A DNA stretch of 35,852 nucleotides, taken from a virus. Lineage: Duplodnaviria > Caudoviricetes. Location of the stretch: positions 1 through 35,852 of the IMG/VR virus record IMGVR_UViG_3300010382_000022; one strand, 5' to 3'. Both the position numbers and the translations under genes were made by a program. The notes beneath the pieces are model-generated. The model did not search any database and was not told the origin of the DNA. It saw only the letters and a program-made list of their open reading frames with translations. This document shows positions 7,629 through 18,177 of this stretch, piece by piece; position 1 is the first letter of the stretch; every line of letters begins with the position of its first letter.

Positions 7629-7848
7629 AGATACACCTTCGCTTTCTGATGTTCTCGACAGTTTCACGCTGGCCGGAAAAGTCGAAGCCATAGTCCCGCA
7701 GGACGACCGTCTGTTCTTCGCCTTCGTATGTCAGGCCGCAAAGGACGACGTTGTCGCCCTCACAGCGGCCGCATACAGGCCGAAGTTCGGTGAACAGGTT
7801 AGACAACAGACAGGACGTTTCCGGCGGCGTACAGGCGAACCTGGTCAC
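7585..7848 (-). CDS. Hypothetical protein (about 87 aa, Cys-containing)
   Basis: The GTG start overlaps the upstream stop (GTGA at 7845-7848), and the ORF fills the gap between the tail gene and avd. Confidence 0.55.
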   Translation of the reverse strand: MTRFACTPPETSCLLSNLFTELRPVCGRCEGDNVVLCGLTYEGEEQTVVLRDYGFDFSGQRETVENIRKRRCIYGNTAQLPAQDERE

Positions 7849-8609
7849 AGATACAGCCTGTTCGCGACGGGGTCCAGAATCCCTTCGGGAAGTCCGGTTC
7901 CGTCGTAGCCTTTCCACTGGTCAAGCTGGGAACTTGCGAAGGTGTGGGTCACGGTCGTTCCGGTGAATCCGGTGTTTAGCTGTTCCTTGATCGCGGAAAT
8001 GTCGTAGTCCTGTCGGCGCTGAACGGATTCCACTGTTTCGCCGGTGCTTTCCGTGACCTCGGAAGCGTCGTGATCGTGGACGATCGGCGCCGCGTAAGTG
8101 ATCATCTGGGAAGTGGTCACATTGTAGCCGCCGCCCACTTCGACGACGACCGCGCTGTTCTCCTGGGTTGTCGCGACGACCGCGACGTCGTGAATGTGGA
8201 TCGTGTCGCCTTCGTCCCCGACGGACCCTTCGCCCAGGAAAGAAGAAGGCGGAAGGACGTTGTCGCTGTCCGCGCCGTCCAGCCAGGAATAGCTGAACAT
8301 GAATGGGATTCCGCTTTCGTCCTGGGCGTAGGTTGCGACCTCTCGGACATATTCGCTTTGTTCCAGGCCGGCGTTCGTTACCTGGACCGGAATCTTCATG
8401 TATGGCGGGACGCTTGCGACGAAGGTCTTTTCGCCGATCTGGGCGTCGACCTGGATCGGGTGGACAAGGCCGGTCAGCGTGTTCGGGCTGACTTCGGCCA
8501 CGCCGTCGCCGACGGCCGCATGGGTCAGGATAAGCTGGCGGCCTTCCGCCGTGAAGCGCGTCAGGATTTCGGCGCCCTTGTCTGTGATCGTAGACTTAAA
8601 TCGTGCCAT
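7845..8609 (-). CDS. Tail-collar/tail-fibre N-terminal anchor protein (DUF3751-like)
   Basis: Contains ITDKGAEIL...THAAVGDG...VREVATYA and follows the baseplate wedge genes. Confidence 0.7.
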   Translation of the reverse strand: MARFKSTITDKGAEILTRFTAEGRQLILTHAAVGDGVAEVSPNTLTGLVHPIQVDAQIGEKTFVASVPPYMKIPVQVTNAGLEQSEYVREVATYAQDESGIPFMFSYSWLDGADSDNVLPPSSFLGEGSVGDEGDTIHIHDVAVVATTQENSAVVVEVGGGYNVTTSQMITYAAPIVHDHDASEVTESTGETVESVQRRQDYDISAIKEQLNTGFTGTTVTHTFASSQLDQWKGYDGTGLPEGILDPVANRLYL

Positions 8610-9145
8610 TATTGGGTTCCTCCTTCGGGTTGGTGTTCGTGCCTGTTCATCGTAACCATAGCGGCGCCCACGACCAAAGCCGGCCGAAGGACAGTCTGCG
8701 GGACCGCTGTCTGGGTCAACAGGACCAGGTTCGCGGGGATCATCTTCCCCAGCACAGCGACCAGGGCGTCCCGCTGGGAATAGCCGTTCAGAACGATTCT
8801 GACGAAAAGTTCATAGGTGCTATTATCCAGCCGGACAGTGAAGTCCGCGCTGGCGGTCGACAGGTATTTTAGAAGCGTCCTGTATGTGTAGGGAAGCTGG
8901 TCCAGGTATTTGATCAGGATTCTTTCGCGGCGTTCCTCCACGGTATCGTCAGGGGCCGCCGACAGGCCCAGAATTGTTTCCCAGCGCCGACAGCCATATT
9001 CGGACAGGCTGACCATGAAAAAGTCGTTCGGCGCGTTCTGGACGTCCTGGACGGCCTTTGTGAACTCCGGTTGTTCCGCGCCGGCGATCTGGTCGAACTC
9101 GATCAGGTCTTGTAAATAGCGCGGCCAGTATTCTTTAAGTTCCAT
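8609..9145 (-). CDS. Baseplate wedge protein (XkdU/DUF2313-like)
   Basis: Contains YWPRYLQ, RRWETILGL and TVEERRERIL; follows baseplate J. Confidence 0.8.
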   Translation of the reverse strand: MELKEYWPRYLQDLIEFDQIAGAEQPEFTKAVQDVQNAPNDFFMVSLSEYGCRRWETILGLSAAPDDTVEERRERILIKYLDQLPYTYRTLLKYLSTASADFTVRLDNSTYELFVRIVLNGYSQRDALVAVLGKMIPANLVLLTQTAVPQTVLRPALVVGAAMVTMNRHEHQPEGGTQ

Positions 9146-10349
9146 TCGTGACCACCCCCAGGACGGGAATTGTGTCCGACGCCAGGGAAATATTCGCGGT
9201 CCCTCCGTTGATCCTGGTTCCCGTAATGTCGATAATGCCGGCCACGTTCAGGATTTTTGTTTCGATCTGGCTGATCCGGACGACCAGGCTGTCGACGTCG
9301 GCCCAGGTGTGGACCAGTTCGTCGAAATAGGTCTGAATAGCCGCCTTCACGTCCCCCTGTACGCCGGACCAGGTAACGCCTGTGTCAAAGGCCAAGGTGA
9401 AGGAAACGTCGATCGTGGCCCCCGTGGCGCCCTGTACGTTGACGGCGTGGCCGATCGGCGCCGTTCCCATGCCTTCGCCCTGGTTTGCCGTGGGGTCGAC
9501 TTGCGTCTGGACGCTCTGGACCAGTACGGCGGAAGGGACCGTCCATTCGCTGTCGACAAAGCGGACCTGAACCGTTCCGCCGCCGACGGTGACGACGCCT
9601 TCGTTGATCATGGCGAAGACCCGCCTGATCCACGCCAGGCAATCTTCCGGACCGGAAAGTCCGTCGATCCAGGCCGACGCCCCGCTGGGCGGGTTCAGAT
9701 CGGCCGGCCTGTGTCCGCCACGGAAAGTTGGGAACACTTTGACAGCGCCCACGCCTTGAAGAAGTTCGATTTTGCCTTTATAGTCGGCGATATTTCCGCC
9801 GAACGCCTGGGACACCAGGGACGCATTATAGCGCGCCAGAAGGGAAGCGTCGCTTTCTTCGTCTTCGCCTGGAATCAGAATGTCCGCCAGGCGCGCCGCC
9901 GCCAGGTCTGCGACTTCCTCGATCGGAAACAGGGTCCCGATATATTCGTTCCCGACGGCGCCGGCCGTTTCGGCCGTCAGCTTATACTGGCCGGCCGCGA
10001 TCCGCTCGGTCACGACGAAGTTAATGTCGCCGCCGGATAGGTGGTTCCCGATCGGGACGTCACAGCCGGAACCGTCCGCCTTTTCGAAATAGCCCTTCCG
10101 GACAGCGAACTTCGCGTCCGTCCGGAAAACGCCGCGTTCCCGACACTTCTTCGTCAGGTCTTCGCCCGTTGCGGTGTCTGGGAAGGCCCTGTCCAGAAGA
10201 TAGGCCAGTTCAATATACAGAATCGCCAGTTCTGCCGCCGACGGCGATATGGCGTCATAGATGATCGACCCTTCGCGCTTGTCGACCGAAGAAGAAACAC
10301 GGGCCAGACAGCGGTCCATGATGTTTTCGAAGGTCATGTTTTCATACAC
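9135..10349 (-). CDS. Baseplate J-like protein (XkdT-like)
   Basis: Contains DKREGSIIYDA, GEDEESD, FGGNIADY and APIGH. Confidence 0.9.
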   Translation of the reverse strand: MYENMTFENIMDRCLARVSSSVDKREGSIIYDAISPSAAELAILYIELAYLLDRAFPDTATGEDLTKKCRERGVFRTDAKFAVRKGYFEKADGSGCDVPIGNHLSGGDINFVVTERIAAGQYKLTAETAGAVGNEYIGTLFPIEEVADLAAARLADILIPGEDEESDASLLARYNASLVSQAFGGNIADYKGKIELLQGVGAVKVFPTFRGGHRPADLNPPSGASAWIDGLSGPEDCLAWIRRVFAMINEGVVTVGGGTVQVRFVDSEWTVPSAVLVQSVQTQVDPTANQGEGMGTAPIGHAVNVQGATGATIDVSFTLAFDTGVTWSGVQGDVKAAIQTYFDELVHTWADVDSLVVRISQIETKILNVAGIIDITGTRINGGTANISLASDTIPVLGVVTNGT

Positions 10350-10770
10350 TGATGTTCACCGTCCTTTCTATCGGGATCGCCCCGAAGACCGTTTCGGCCG
10401 TGAAGACGACGCGCGCGGTCCGCTTGTCAATCCTTTCGACCGTGAAGTCGACGGCGTCGGTGATCCGGCTGTCGGCCAGAAGGGCTTCGCGAATCAAGCG
10501 TTTGATTTCACTTGCAAACACTGGATAACTCTTTCCAACAACTGGTTCCGACTCAAAGCCATAGTTCCAGGAATAGGTCAGGTACTTGAAACGCTCTGTT
10601 TCGAATATCTTGAAGATCGCCTGTTCCATAGCTTCGCGCCGGTCGACAAAGCCGGCCACGCGGCCGGCTTCAAGGTCTATTTTGTAGGTTCTGGTTGTCT
10701 GGTCGGCCGCCGAAACGACTTCGACGTCCTGGCCGATCGTGACCGTCCCCTGGTTTGGTATCAATGCCAT
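10342..10770 (-). CDS. Baseplate/sheath initiator (XkdS/DUF2634-like)
   Basis: Contains EAMEQAIFKIFETERF, YSWNYG and EALLADSRI; ATG at 10770. Confidence 0.82.
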   Translation of the reverse strand: MALIPNQGTVTIGQDVEVVSAADQTTRTYKIDLEAGRVAGFVDRREAMEQAIFKIFETERFKYLTYSWNYGFESEPVVGKSYPVFASEIKRLIREALLADSRITDAVDFTVERIDKRTARVVFTAETVFGAIPIERTVNISV

Positions 10771-10774
10771 AAAA

Positions 10775-11179
10775 TCACACCCTTCCCAGCACAAGGAACG
10801 CCTGGCCGCCCTGGTTTCGCAACAGGACCAGCTTGTCGCCCTTCGCAAGTCCGAAATATGTTTCCGGATTCGTAGTCAGGCCGGTCGTCTGGGTCGTGAC
10901 CGGCGCGACCTGGTGACTGTGCGCGTCCGCGCCGCCGGCGTCCGTGGAATGTTGCGGGACGGTATGGCCGTGCGGGTTGATCGCGTGGGTGTGCGTCGGA
11001 TAATAGCCGGCCTTGAACTCTTTCGTCAGGACGATCGCGTCGCCGGTAATGTCAAAGCGGTTGTCGACTCGGATTGTCAAGGGGGACACTTCCGTCACGC
11101 TCCCAAACATAAAAGCCGCCGGAACATTCACGTTCTGCGACTGTTCGGCGACCTTTTTCATGGTATCAAGTAAAGCCAT
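10775..11179 (-). CDS. Baseplate spike-like protein (XkdR/DUF2577-like)
   Basis: Contains FGSVTEVSPLTI and LAKGDKLVLLRNQGGQ, with internal HxH motifs (HTH, HGH, HSH). Confidence 0.78.
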   Translation of the reverse strand: MALLDTMKKVAEQSQNVNVPAAFMFGSVTEVSPLTIRVDNRFDITGDAIVLTKEFKAGYYPTHTHAINPHGHTVPQHSTDAGGADAHSHQVAPVTTQTTGLTTNPETYFGLAKGDKLVLLRNQGGQAFLVLGRV

Positions 11180-11180
11180 A

Positions 11181-12137
11181 TCACACCACCTTTAACTTCA
11201 AAGACATAGTTTCCTTCAACAGATCGACGCTATGTTCTTCGACGATGAAGAAGGAACTGACGCCGATCCGGCTGATCCCGATATACAGGGCGCGGCCGGC
11301 GCGGACAGACAGGTCCATGATCGCCTTTACTTCGAAGGACTTCTTCGGCCTGTTGTAAAGGTCCAGCATTTGACCGCCGCGTTCCTTGATCTGGGCTTCG
11401 TTCATCTTTTCGTCGACGACTTCATAGTCTTGAAGGACGCCCCAGAACTTCATGTTGTTGGAATCCTGGAAGATGTAAACATCACGCTTTCCGGTCGTTT
11501 TGTTGTCCTGGACCAGCTTGATCTTGTTGTAGGTTTCGGAATCTATGTCGGTTTCATAGGTGAAGCCCGTCGCCAGGCTGGAATCGCCGACGAACAGGTC
11601 CAGTTTCGCCTTCTCGACGTCGCTGATCTTCAAGGAACCGAAGTCGTCCCACAGAACGAACATTTTCCCCGTGTTGATCAGGGTGTAGTCCAGGGCTTTC
11701 AGGACGATGTCGAAAAGCGTCTGGCCGTCCTCGATCATGGACGGGATAATGTACCCCGTGTTTTCCAGGGTCCCGGTTTTCAGGCCGAAGTCGGCGGCGA
11801 TCTGCGCCATGATTTCGTCGGCGCGCTTGCCGTTGAAGACATAGGTTTCCTTGTTCTTTTTCAAATACCAGGTCTGGTCGTAGGCCGTGACCGTCACCTG
11901 GTCCTTTTCATTCTGGCCGATCTTCACGACGAAGCCATAAAACAGGCCGTCGGCGCCGTCTTTCGCGACGACGATCCCGCCGTGAGTCCAGGCCACAGCG
12001 TCGTCGGCGATTACGGTCAGTTCCAGGGAAGCGGGGGAACCGGACCGTTTCGTCGACCACTTCGCGGCGGCGCACAGGGTCGTAATGTCGAAGGCGTCGC
12101 CGGTCACGTTGTTCTGGTACAAAATTGAAATGCTCAT
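11181..12137 (-). CDS. Baseplate hub protein (XkdQ-like)
   Basis: Contains [23 protein letters not shown] and WGVLQ; gene order fits. Confidence 0.82.
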   Translation of the reverse strand: MSISILYQNNVTGDAFDITTLCAAAKWSTKRSGSPASLELTVIADDAVAWTHGGIVVAKDGADGLFYGFVVKIGQNEKDQVTVTAYDQTWYLKKNKETYVFNGKRADEIMAQIAADFGLKTGTLENTGYIIPSMIEDGQTLFDIVLKALDYTLINTGKMFVLWDDFGSLKISDVEKAKLDLFVGDSSLATGFTYETDIDSETYNKIKLVQDNKTTGKRDVYIFQDSNNMKFWGVLQDYEVVDEKMNEAQIKERGGQMLDLYNRPKKSFEVKAIMDLSVRAGRALYIGISRIGVSSFFIVEEHSVDLLKETMSLKLKVV

Positions 12138-12793
12138 GGGATCGTGAAGACCTGACCAGGATAGATCAGGTTCGGGTTACTCCCGATTGTTCCTTTATTC
12201 GCGTTGTAAATCTTTGTGTAGTCGCTTCCCTTGCCATAGAACGTCTTCGCGATATTCCACAAACAGTCGCCCTTCTTCACAGTGTAGGTCTTTGCGGCGG
12301 CGGCCGGCGGTGATCCGGCGCGCGGCGGCTCCTGGGCCATAGCCTTTTTCGTCAGAACGACCGGAAGGACGATCCGACGGGCCGAATAGTCTTTCCATTC
12401 GGACAGCTTGATCGAATAATAGAAGTCGCCTGGTTCGCCGGCGCGTTCTTCATAATCGAAGGTTTCCACGCCCATTCGGACGTTGATGTCCAGGTCTGTT
12501 CCTGTGATCAGGAAGCGGATCGGGCTTTCTTTGTCGCGCGCCTTCTGAATAGCCTGAACAACTTCAAGCGGATCCGTGATCCGGCCGGTGACGAAGGGCG
12601 CGTCATTCACAGGGAAGAAGCTGTCCCAGGCACAGGTCCGAAGGCCCTTCTTTCGAAGGATCAGGACTTCGCCCAGTTCTAAAACGGTCGTGGTTTCGTT
12701 CTTGCCAGGGGAAGTCACCTTCAACTTTTCGGGAAGGACGGGAATTGTGATTTCCCGCCCTTCGACGATCAGTGTCATTCCGTAGTTCTTCAT
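12134..12793 (-). CDS. LysM-domain tail tube initiator (XkdP-like)
   Basis: N-terminal IPVLPE and SFFP motifs, C-terminal LysM ([14 protein letters not shown]...NPNLIYPGQ); follows the tape measure gene. Confidence 0.87.
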   Translation of the reverse strand: MKNYGMTLIVEGREITIPVLPEKLKVTSPGKNETTTVLELGEVLILRKKGLRTCAWDSFFPVNDAPFVTGRITDPLEVVQAIQKARDKESPIRFLITGTDLDINVRMGVETFDYEERAGEPGDFYYSIKLSEWKDYSARRIVLPVVLTKKAMAQEPPRAGSPPAAAAKTYTVKKGDCLWNIAKTFYGKGSDYTKIYNANKGTIGSNPNLIYPGQVFTIP

Positions 12794-14703
12794 CAGGCAT
12801 ACACCCCCTCGGCGGCGGCTGAAAATTCGTCTTCCAGCTTGCTTTCGATCCGGCTGACGACGTCGTCGACGTCGACCTTCTCGCTGATTTTGGCGTCCAC
12901 AGCGACGGTCGGTGTCAGAGTCACAAAGTTCTGAACATAGCGCATTTCGGCCACGTCGCGAAGGAACTTCAAGTCTTCTTCGGCTATGTTGACGTCTTCG
13001 TCCACGGAACCGACAGAACCGACGTGTCCCACGTTTCCAATATCGCCGGCGCCGGCGGAATAGGCCGCCCAGTCCGGTTCGTTGTTCCCACTCCCAGCGG
13101 CGGCGGCTTCGGCCTTTGCCGCCGCTATCTCTGCGTCACGCTGGGCCGTGGCGGCGCGCGCTTCGGACTTCATGGCACCCAGGGCGGCGTCGCGGTCTGC
13201 AATCTGGGAATTGATCTGGTCCTGGTAGGCGGCCAGGTCGGCCGCTCTGGCTTGTTTCGCGGCTTCATTTTCAAGCTGTGCGGTCGTTCCGAACGTCACC
13301 TGTTCGATCAGGCCGATGTTGACGCCTGGAATCTTGTTCAGGGTATTGATGAAGCCGTTTATAATGTCAATCGCCCCGTTGACCATATTTTGAAGGATCA
13401 TCAGGACGCCGGCCTTCATGTCGCCCATGAAGTTCTGAATATTCACGCCGGCGGTGTAGAAGGCCAGTTGTAGCTTGTTCCACATATCCATGACCCAGTA
13501 AACGCCGGTCATGAAGCCGATTTTCACCCAGTCCCAGGCGGTCAGGATCGCGTTACAGGCGATCAGCCACGCCACTTTGATTCCCCCGACAGACTGGACC
13601 CATTTATAGATCAGCGCCACGACGACGCCGATCGCCAGGGCAATCCAGAAAAGCGGGTTCGACAGAAGGGTCGTGAAGAACGCCTGGGCGGCTCCGTTTG
13701 CGATCCACGTCGCCACCGTCTGAATACCCAGGGCGACGGCATAGCCAAGCGCGGCGGCCGCCAGGCCCCAGAAGATAGGCGCGATCGTGGACCAGTTGTC
13801 ATATATCCACTGGGCGCCCTGGCCGATCATGGTCAGGACAGGGGTAAAGGCTTCCAGGGCGATATTCTTCGCGATCGTCCAGACCTGGGAAAAGGTCATA
13901 GGCATAGACGCGAACTTCGAATTGATTTCGTCCGCTGACGCCAGCATGGCGTTTTTTACGATTTCGGACGTGATCTGTCCTTCGGCGGCCATGTCACGGA
14001 TTTTCCCGATCGGGACGTCCAAATAGTCAGCGATCGTCTGAACAAGGACGGGCGACTGTTCAAAAATGGAGCGAAGTTCGTCGCCACGAAGGACGCCGGA
14101 CGCCATAGCCTGGGTTAGCTGTAACATGGCGTTCTTCTGTTCCTCTGCCGTGGCGCCGGAAATTACGAAGGTCTTGTTCACCAGTTCAGAAAAGGCGACC
14201 AGTTCCTTCGAACTGTTAAAAGCGTCCGCCGCGTTGACTCCCAGCTTTGAAACGGCGTCAGCCGTCGCCTGATAGGAAGCGCGGGACCTGTTGGCGGACG
14301 CCATGATCATATCTTGCAGTTCCGCCGTTGTCTGTAAGCCGTCGTTCATCAGGTCCAGGCGCGCGCGGGTGGTTGTCATATTGTCGGCCAGTTCAAGGAC
14401 CTTTTTCACGCCGAACGACGCCAGGGCGGTTTTGATGATCCCGCCCATAGCGGACCAGATGGACTTCACCTTGTTCGCCCCGTCCTCGGCGCGACGCTGG
14501 CGGTTGTTGAAGTCGTCAACCTGTCGGCCGGCGGCCGCGATCGGCGCCGCGCTCGCTTCGAAGGGTGCCCCAGGGTCCACGGTATCGGTCAGGCGGTCCG
14601 TATTTTCCAGGGTCCGGTTCAGACGTTCGGAAGCGTTGATCATGGTGTTCAAGCGGGACGTCATTCGGTCCTGAATCGAAAACTGTGTAGATACGCCGGC
14701 CAC
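12793..14703 (-). CDS. Tape measure protein
   Basis: Contains [25 protein letters not shown]; Ala-rich and helical with a hydrophobic central region; follows the tail chaperones. Confidence 0.9.
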   Translation of the reverse strand: MAGVSTQFSIQDRMTSRLNTMINASERLNRTLENTDRLTDTVDPGAPFEASAAPIAAAGRQVDDFNNRQRRAEDGANKVKSIWSAMGGIIKTALASFGVKKVLELADNMTTTRARLDLMNDGLQTTAELQDMIMASANRSRASYQATADAVSKLGVNAADAFNSSKELVAFSELVNKTFVISGATAEEQKNAMLQLTQAMASGVLRGDELRSIFEQSPVLVQTIADYLDVPIGKIRDMAAEGQITSEIVKNAMLASADEINSKFASMPMTFSQVWTIAKNIALEAFTPVLTMIGQGAQWIYDNWSTIAPIFWGLAAAALGYAVALGIQTVATWIANGAAQAFFTTLLSNPLFWIALAIGVVVALIYKWVQSVGGIKVAWLIACNAILTAWDWVKIGFMTGVYWVMDMWNKLQLAFYTAGVNIQNFMGDMKAGVLMILQNMVNGAIDIINGFINTLNKIPGVNIGLIEQVTFGTTAQLENEAAKQARAADLAAYQDQINSQIADRDAALGAMKSEARAATAQRDAEIAAAKAEAAAAGSGNNEPDWAAYSAGAGDIGNVGHVGSVGSVDEDVNIAEEDLKFLRDVAEMRYVQNFVTLTPTVAVDAKISEKVDVDDVVSRIESKLEDEFSAAAEGVYA

Positions 14704-14707
14704 GTTA

Positions 14708-14923
14708 TCACCTGCCTTTCTTGCCCTTCCGTTTCGCCTTCGCCGTTTCCTTCTTTTCCTTCTCTATTTGAAGGTCGATGGAAGCATAAATAAAGGCCCG
14801 TTCCCGCATAGGAAGGGCCAGAAGCGTTCCAGGAAGGATTTTTAGCCGGTGGAGGGCGTAATGTGCATAGACGGCCTGACCGTCGGCGTCTTCGTCATTA
14901 CCGCCCCCCGTGATTAGTTTTTT
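14708..14923 (-). CDS. -1 frame extension of the tail assembly chaperone (gpGT-like)
   Basis: A 72-codon open frame starts at the slippery site A AAA AAC and ends at TGA 14708: KKLITGGGNDEDADGQAVYAHYALHRLKILPG...ERAFIYASIDLQIEKEKK. Confidence 0.75.
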   Translation of the reverse strand, partial: KKLITGGGNDEDADGQAVYAHYALHRLKILPGTLLALPMRERAFIYASIDLQIEKEKKETAKAKRKGKKGR

Positions 14924-15318
14924 GCTTCGTCCCTCAAATCATTGACGTCGTCGGTGAAGCCGTTGATCTCCTGAACCGCCAGAAGAAGGTCGGTGTACTG
15001 ACCAGGATTCAGGATTTTGTTGATCAGGTCTTCGGCGCCGCGAACGCCGTGTTTCTCCTGGAACTCGGCGTCCTTGAAGTTCGGGTCCACACAACAGGCC
15101 ACCACAAGGCGGCTATTGTAAAGGTCGGTGTCGGTGTCGATCTGCTTCTGTCTGGTTTTCTTGTCGAAGCTGACCTTCTGGCAAGTCTTCCGGATCGCCT
15201 TGTTCTCGGCTTCGGTGATCGACCTGACGATAAAGGGGAAGGGGAAGGGCGCGATCTCAACTTCGGTCTGGACCTCGCCGATCTCCTGTTCCATAAGAAA
15301 TTCTTGAAGTTTACCCAT
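14914..15318 (-). CDS. Tail assembly chaperone (XkdN-like)
   Basis: Contains CCVDPNFKD and ILNPGQY, ends in EAKN*, and lies between the tube and tape measure genes. Confidence 0.85.
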   Translation of the reverse strand: MGKLQEFLMEQEIGEVQTEVEIAPFPFPFIVRSITEAENKAIRKTCQKVSFDKKTRQKQIDTDTDLYNSRLVVACCVDPNFKDAEFQEKHGVRGAEDLINKILNPGQYTDLLLAVQEINGFTDDVNDLRDEAKN

Positions 15319-15339
15319 TGTTTTTTACCTCACTTTCAC

Positions 15340-15798
15340 TTAAAACTGGGTGAAGGGCTTCAACACATCGAAGTCTTCGAAGGTGAAGTCGACGTCTTCG
15401 TCCAGCGGATCGTCGCTGTCGCCGTCCAGCTTTGCCAGGACCACGGAATCCAAGTTACAGCCGATCAGAAGGACCGACTGTTTTCCGGCGGAAGACTCCT
15501 GATCGTCGTTCTCGACCACCATGTCGAAATAGACGTCTTTTCCGGTTTCCTTCCATTCCTTCGCCATACTCCGGAAAAGTGGCGACAGGTAATAAATGGT
15601 CATGGACCCCGTTCCGTTGCCGCCGGTGGTCTTGTGGCCGGACATTCGCTTCCCGATCGACTTCACTTCCGACTTGCTTTTTTCGACATTGGCTTCGATG
15701 GTCTTCGCGAAAAACAGTTCTTCGTTGTTCCCGCCGATCTTCGCGTAGGCGCGGCCCTCCTTGCCGGAAATGGTGTCAGGCGCGTTCAGTGTTTTCAT
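15340..15798 (-). CDS. Tail tube protein (XkdM-like)
   Basis: Contains DTISGKEG, GHKTTGGNGTGSMT and DFTFEDF. Confidence 0.9.
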   Translation of the reverse strand: MKTLNAPDTISGKEGRAYAKIGGNNEELFFAKTIEANVEKSKSEVKSIGKRMSGHKTTGGNGTGSMTIYYLSPLFRSMAKEWKETGKDVYFDMVVENDDQESSAGKQSVLLIGCNLDSVVLAKLDGDSDDPLDEDVDFTFEDFDVLKPFTQF

Positions 15799-15817
15799 TT
15801 CGGTTCACGCTCCTTCC

Positions 15818-17152
15818 TTAGTTGACGTAGGTCGTCATATACAGCTTTTCCATGCTGTCATTCGGTTTCAAGGCAGAATCGACCGCGACGTCGCGCTTCC
15901 CGTTGCCCTGCTGGACGGTGATGTCCTCGGACACGAAGTCGCTGATCGCGTCTATGGCCTGGTATTGCAAAGCCAGGGACACAAGGTCAGCCTTGAAAAG
16001 CTGACGGCCGGTGTCGCTGTTGGTCACAAGGCCGATATACGATTCCCCGAAGATTCGGGCGACGTCGTTCGCCCAGCCGTCCAGGACGCGGATCACGCGG
16101 TTCGACGTCCAGTCTTCCGACACGCCCTGGCCGAAGGTGGTCAGGCTGTTGATGTCGGTCAGGACGCGCGCCTTCCCATAGTCGGCATAGAAAACAAACT
16201 CGCCAGCCAGGATCGCCGCTTCGAACTGGGACTTCGTGTATTTGATGTCCACGTCCACAGCGTCGTCATAGGTCGTATTGGTCAGGCTTTCGTTGATCTC
16301 CGCGCCGGCGGAAGCGCCCGTCACCCAGGCGACAGCCTTTTCGCCCGACACGACGGTTCCGTCGGTCAGGACGACGCCGTTCTTCACGTCGATCAATCCC
16401 ATGTGATCGCCCTTGTACTGGTACAGGACGCCTACGATCTTCTTCCCTTCGTCGTCGCGAAGGCGCTTGACAAACGCCGCATAAAGGGCCTTGATCGTTT
16501 CGTCGGTCCCAGGATAGCCGATCACGTTGAAGGTTTCGACTTCGAAGCCGTTCAAGGCGGCCGTGTGCGCGGCCCCGTTGACGGTTCCGTTCGTGCCGCC
16601 GATCAGGGGTGTCGCGACGTCCACGTCCAGGGCGGCGGCGCTCCCGAAGGTGACAAAGTCGTTCGCCTTCAAGCCGGCCGATCCCGAAGCCTTGACGACG
16701 GTCTGGGAATCCACGGCCATTCCGTCAAGATAGGTCACGACGTCGACCTTCGTCGCGTCGTCTGTGTTCGCCAGGATCGCGACGCTGATCGCGTTCCCGC
16801 GTGTGCCGCCCCAGGCGGCCGTCACGGTCATTCCGCCGACTTCGGCGCTGGCCTTCGTGCCTCCGGAATTAACACGGTAGATCAAAAGAGTCCTGGCGCG
16901 CTTTAAGGCTTCGCGGACCAGGAGAAGGGCGGCCGCTGTGGGATCGTAGCCGAAGACGTTCAAAGACATTTTGTTGAAGTCCTCGGAATACATGGAAAAC
17001 ACCTTGTTTTCAGGTCCCCAGTTCAGTTCCAGGGGAAGGGCGGCGACGCCGCGCGCGCCCATTTTGGCGACGCTTCCCAGGGCGACAAAATTGATATAGG
17101 CGCCAGGAAGAATCTTGTTCTGTACGGTAAAAGTTCCGCCACCGATAGGCAT
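15818..17152 (-). CDS. Contractile tail sheath protein (XkdK-like)
   Basis: Contains GGTFTVQNKILPGAYINF, NRVIRVLD and MEKLYMT. Confidence 0.93.
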   Translation of the reverse strand: MPIGGGTFTVQNKILPGAYINFVALGSVAKMGARGVAALPLELNWGPENKVFSMYSEDFNKMSLNVFGYDPTAAALLLVREALKRARTLLIYRVNSGGTKASAEVGGMTVTAAWGGTRGNAISVAILANTDDATKVDVVTYLDGMAVDSQTVVKASGSAGLKANDFVTFGSAAALDVDVATPLIGGTNGTVNGAAHTAALNGFEVETFNVIGYPGTDETIKALYAAFVKRLRDDEGKKIVGVLYQYKGDHMGLIDVKNGVVLTDGTVVSGEKAVAWVTGASAGAEINESLTNTTYDDAVDVDIKYTKSQFEAAILAGEFVFYADYGKARVLTDINSLTTFGQGVSEDWTSNRVIRVLDGWANDVARIFGESYIGLVTNSDTGRQLFKADLVSLALQYQAIDAISDFVSEDITVQQGNGKRDVAVDSALKPNDSMEKLYMTTYVN

Positions 17153-17155
17153 GAT

Positions 17156-17353
17156 TTACACCTTCCTTTCCAGAAAATTAGTGACCAGACCGACGGCCTG
17201 GTCCTTCGTGTATGCCTTCCCGTCTTCCAGGACAGCCGAAACGGCGTCCCTGGGAAGGTCCAGCGTTTTACTTCTGACCAGTTGTTCCTTCGTGAAGGTC
17301 GGTTCCGGCGCCTGGTCCGCGCCGGCCAAACCTTTCTTCTTTGTCTGTGCCAT
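17156..17353 (-). CDS. Small hypothetical tail-region protein
   Basis: 65-aa ORF tightly packed between the tail terminator and sheath genes; contains FTKEQL. Confidence 0.65.
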   Translation of the reverse strand: MAQTKKKGLAGADQAPEPTFTKEQLVRSKTLDLPRDAVSAVLEDGKAYTKDQAVGLVTNFLERKV

Positions 17354-17790
17354 TACTTCAATACCTCCGTTTGATCCAGTCCTTCCATGAAGGGGATTTC
17401 CGGCGGCGTCAGGACGAAGAAAACGTCCGCGTCAAAAAGGAACTGGAAGACGCGCGCGTTCCCGTCCGGTCTGGCCTTTTGGCCTGTCAGCCGGATCGTC
17501 CGTGTTTTTTCGTCGGTTTCCTTCACGACCAGGGCTTCAAAATTGTCATACATTTCTTCGGCCCAGGCGTTGAAGCCCATAGTGTCCTTCGTTTTCAGGA
17601 AGTACAGGACTTCGAACTGGACGGTTCGTTTCCGGCGCCTGTCCAGGTGCTTTTCCTGTCCCGACTCAATGATCCCGACGAAGAATTGGCCGTCGGCGTC
17701 TTTCGGGATTTCGTCGACGTAGACCTTCCGGTCGGGCCAGATTTCACCCAGCTTCGAAGCGACGGCTTCCAGAAAGTTATTCAGGGTCAT
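17353..17790 (-). CDS. Tail terminator/completion-like protein
   Basis: Position before the sheath gene, size, and the motif KVYVDEIP...FFV. Confidence 0.6.
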   Translation of the reverse strand: MTLNNFLEAVASKLGEIWPDRKVYVDEIPKDADGQFFVGIIESGQEKHLDRRRKRTVQFEVLYFLKTKDTMGFNAWAEEMYDNFEALVVKETDEKTRTIRLTGQKARPDGNARVFQFLFDADVFFVLTPPEIPFMEGLDQTEVLK

Positions 17791-18173
17791 GCCAGATCAC
17801 CGTCCTTTACCTTGATTTCCTGGTGCGTGGCGAAGGCGTCGGGCCGGCCGGCGACGGTGAATGTCAGAATCCGCTGACTGGAAGGCGTGTCGCGCCCGAA
17901 CCTTTTCAGGGTTACGATGTCGCCAGGAAGGACAAGAAGTTCAGGCGCGGCGAAGATCACGGCGTCATAGTCGACTTCGTTCTGTGCCTTCTCCTGTTCG
18001 CTCTTGTCGCCGCCTGTATACGACAGCGCGCAAATGATTTCATTGTATATCACTTCGGGGACGGCCTTCGTGATGTTGTTCGCCCCCGTCTTCGGGTCTG
18101 TTCTGGACACGCTGGCGGTGTCTTCGTAGGTCATTTCGATCGCCGCGCGCTCGGCGGCGGGGTTTCCAAACAT
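17787..18173 (-). CDS. Head closure/head-tail joining protein
   Basis: Contains ICALS and HQEI; follows the connector gene. Confidence 0.65.
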   Translation of the reverse strand: MFGNPAAERAAIEMTYEDTASVSRTDPKTGANNITKAVPEVIYNEIICALSYTGGDKSEQEKAQNEVDYDAVIFAAPELLVLPGDIVTLKRFGRDTPSSQRILTFTVAGRPDAFATHQEIKVKDGDLA

Positions 18174-18177
18174 ACGA

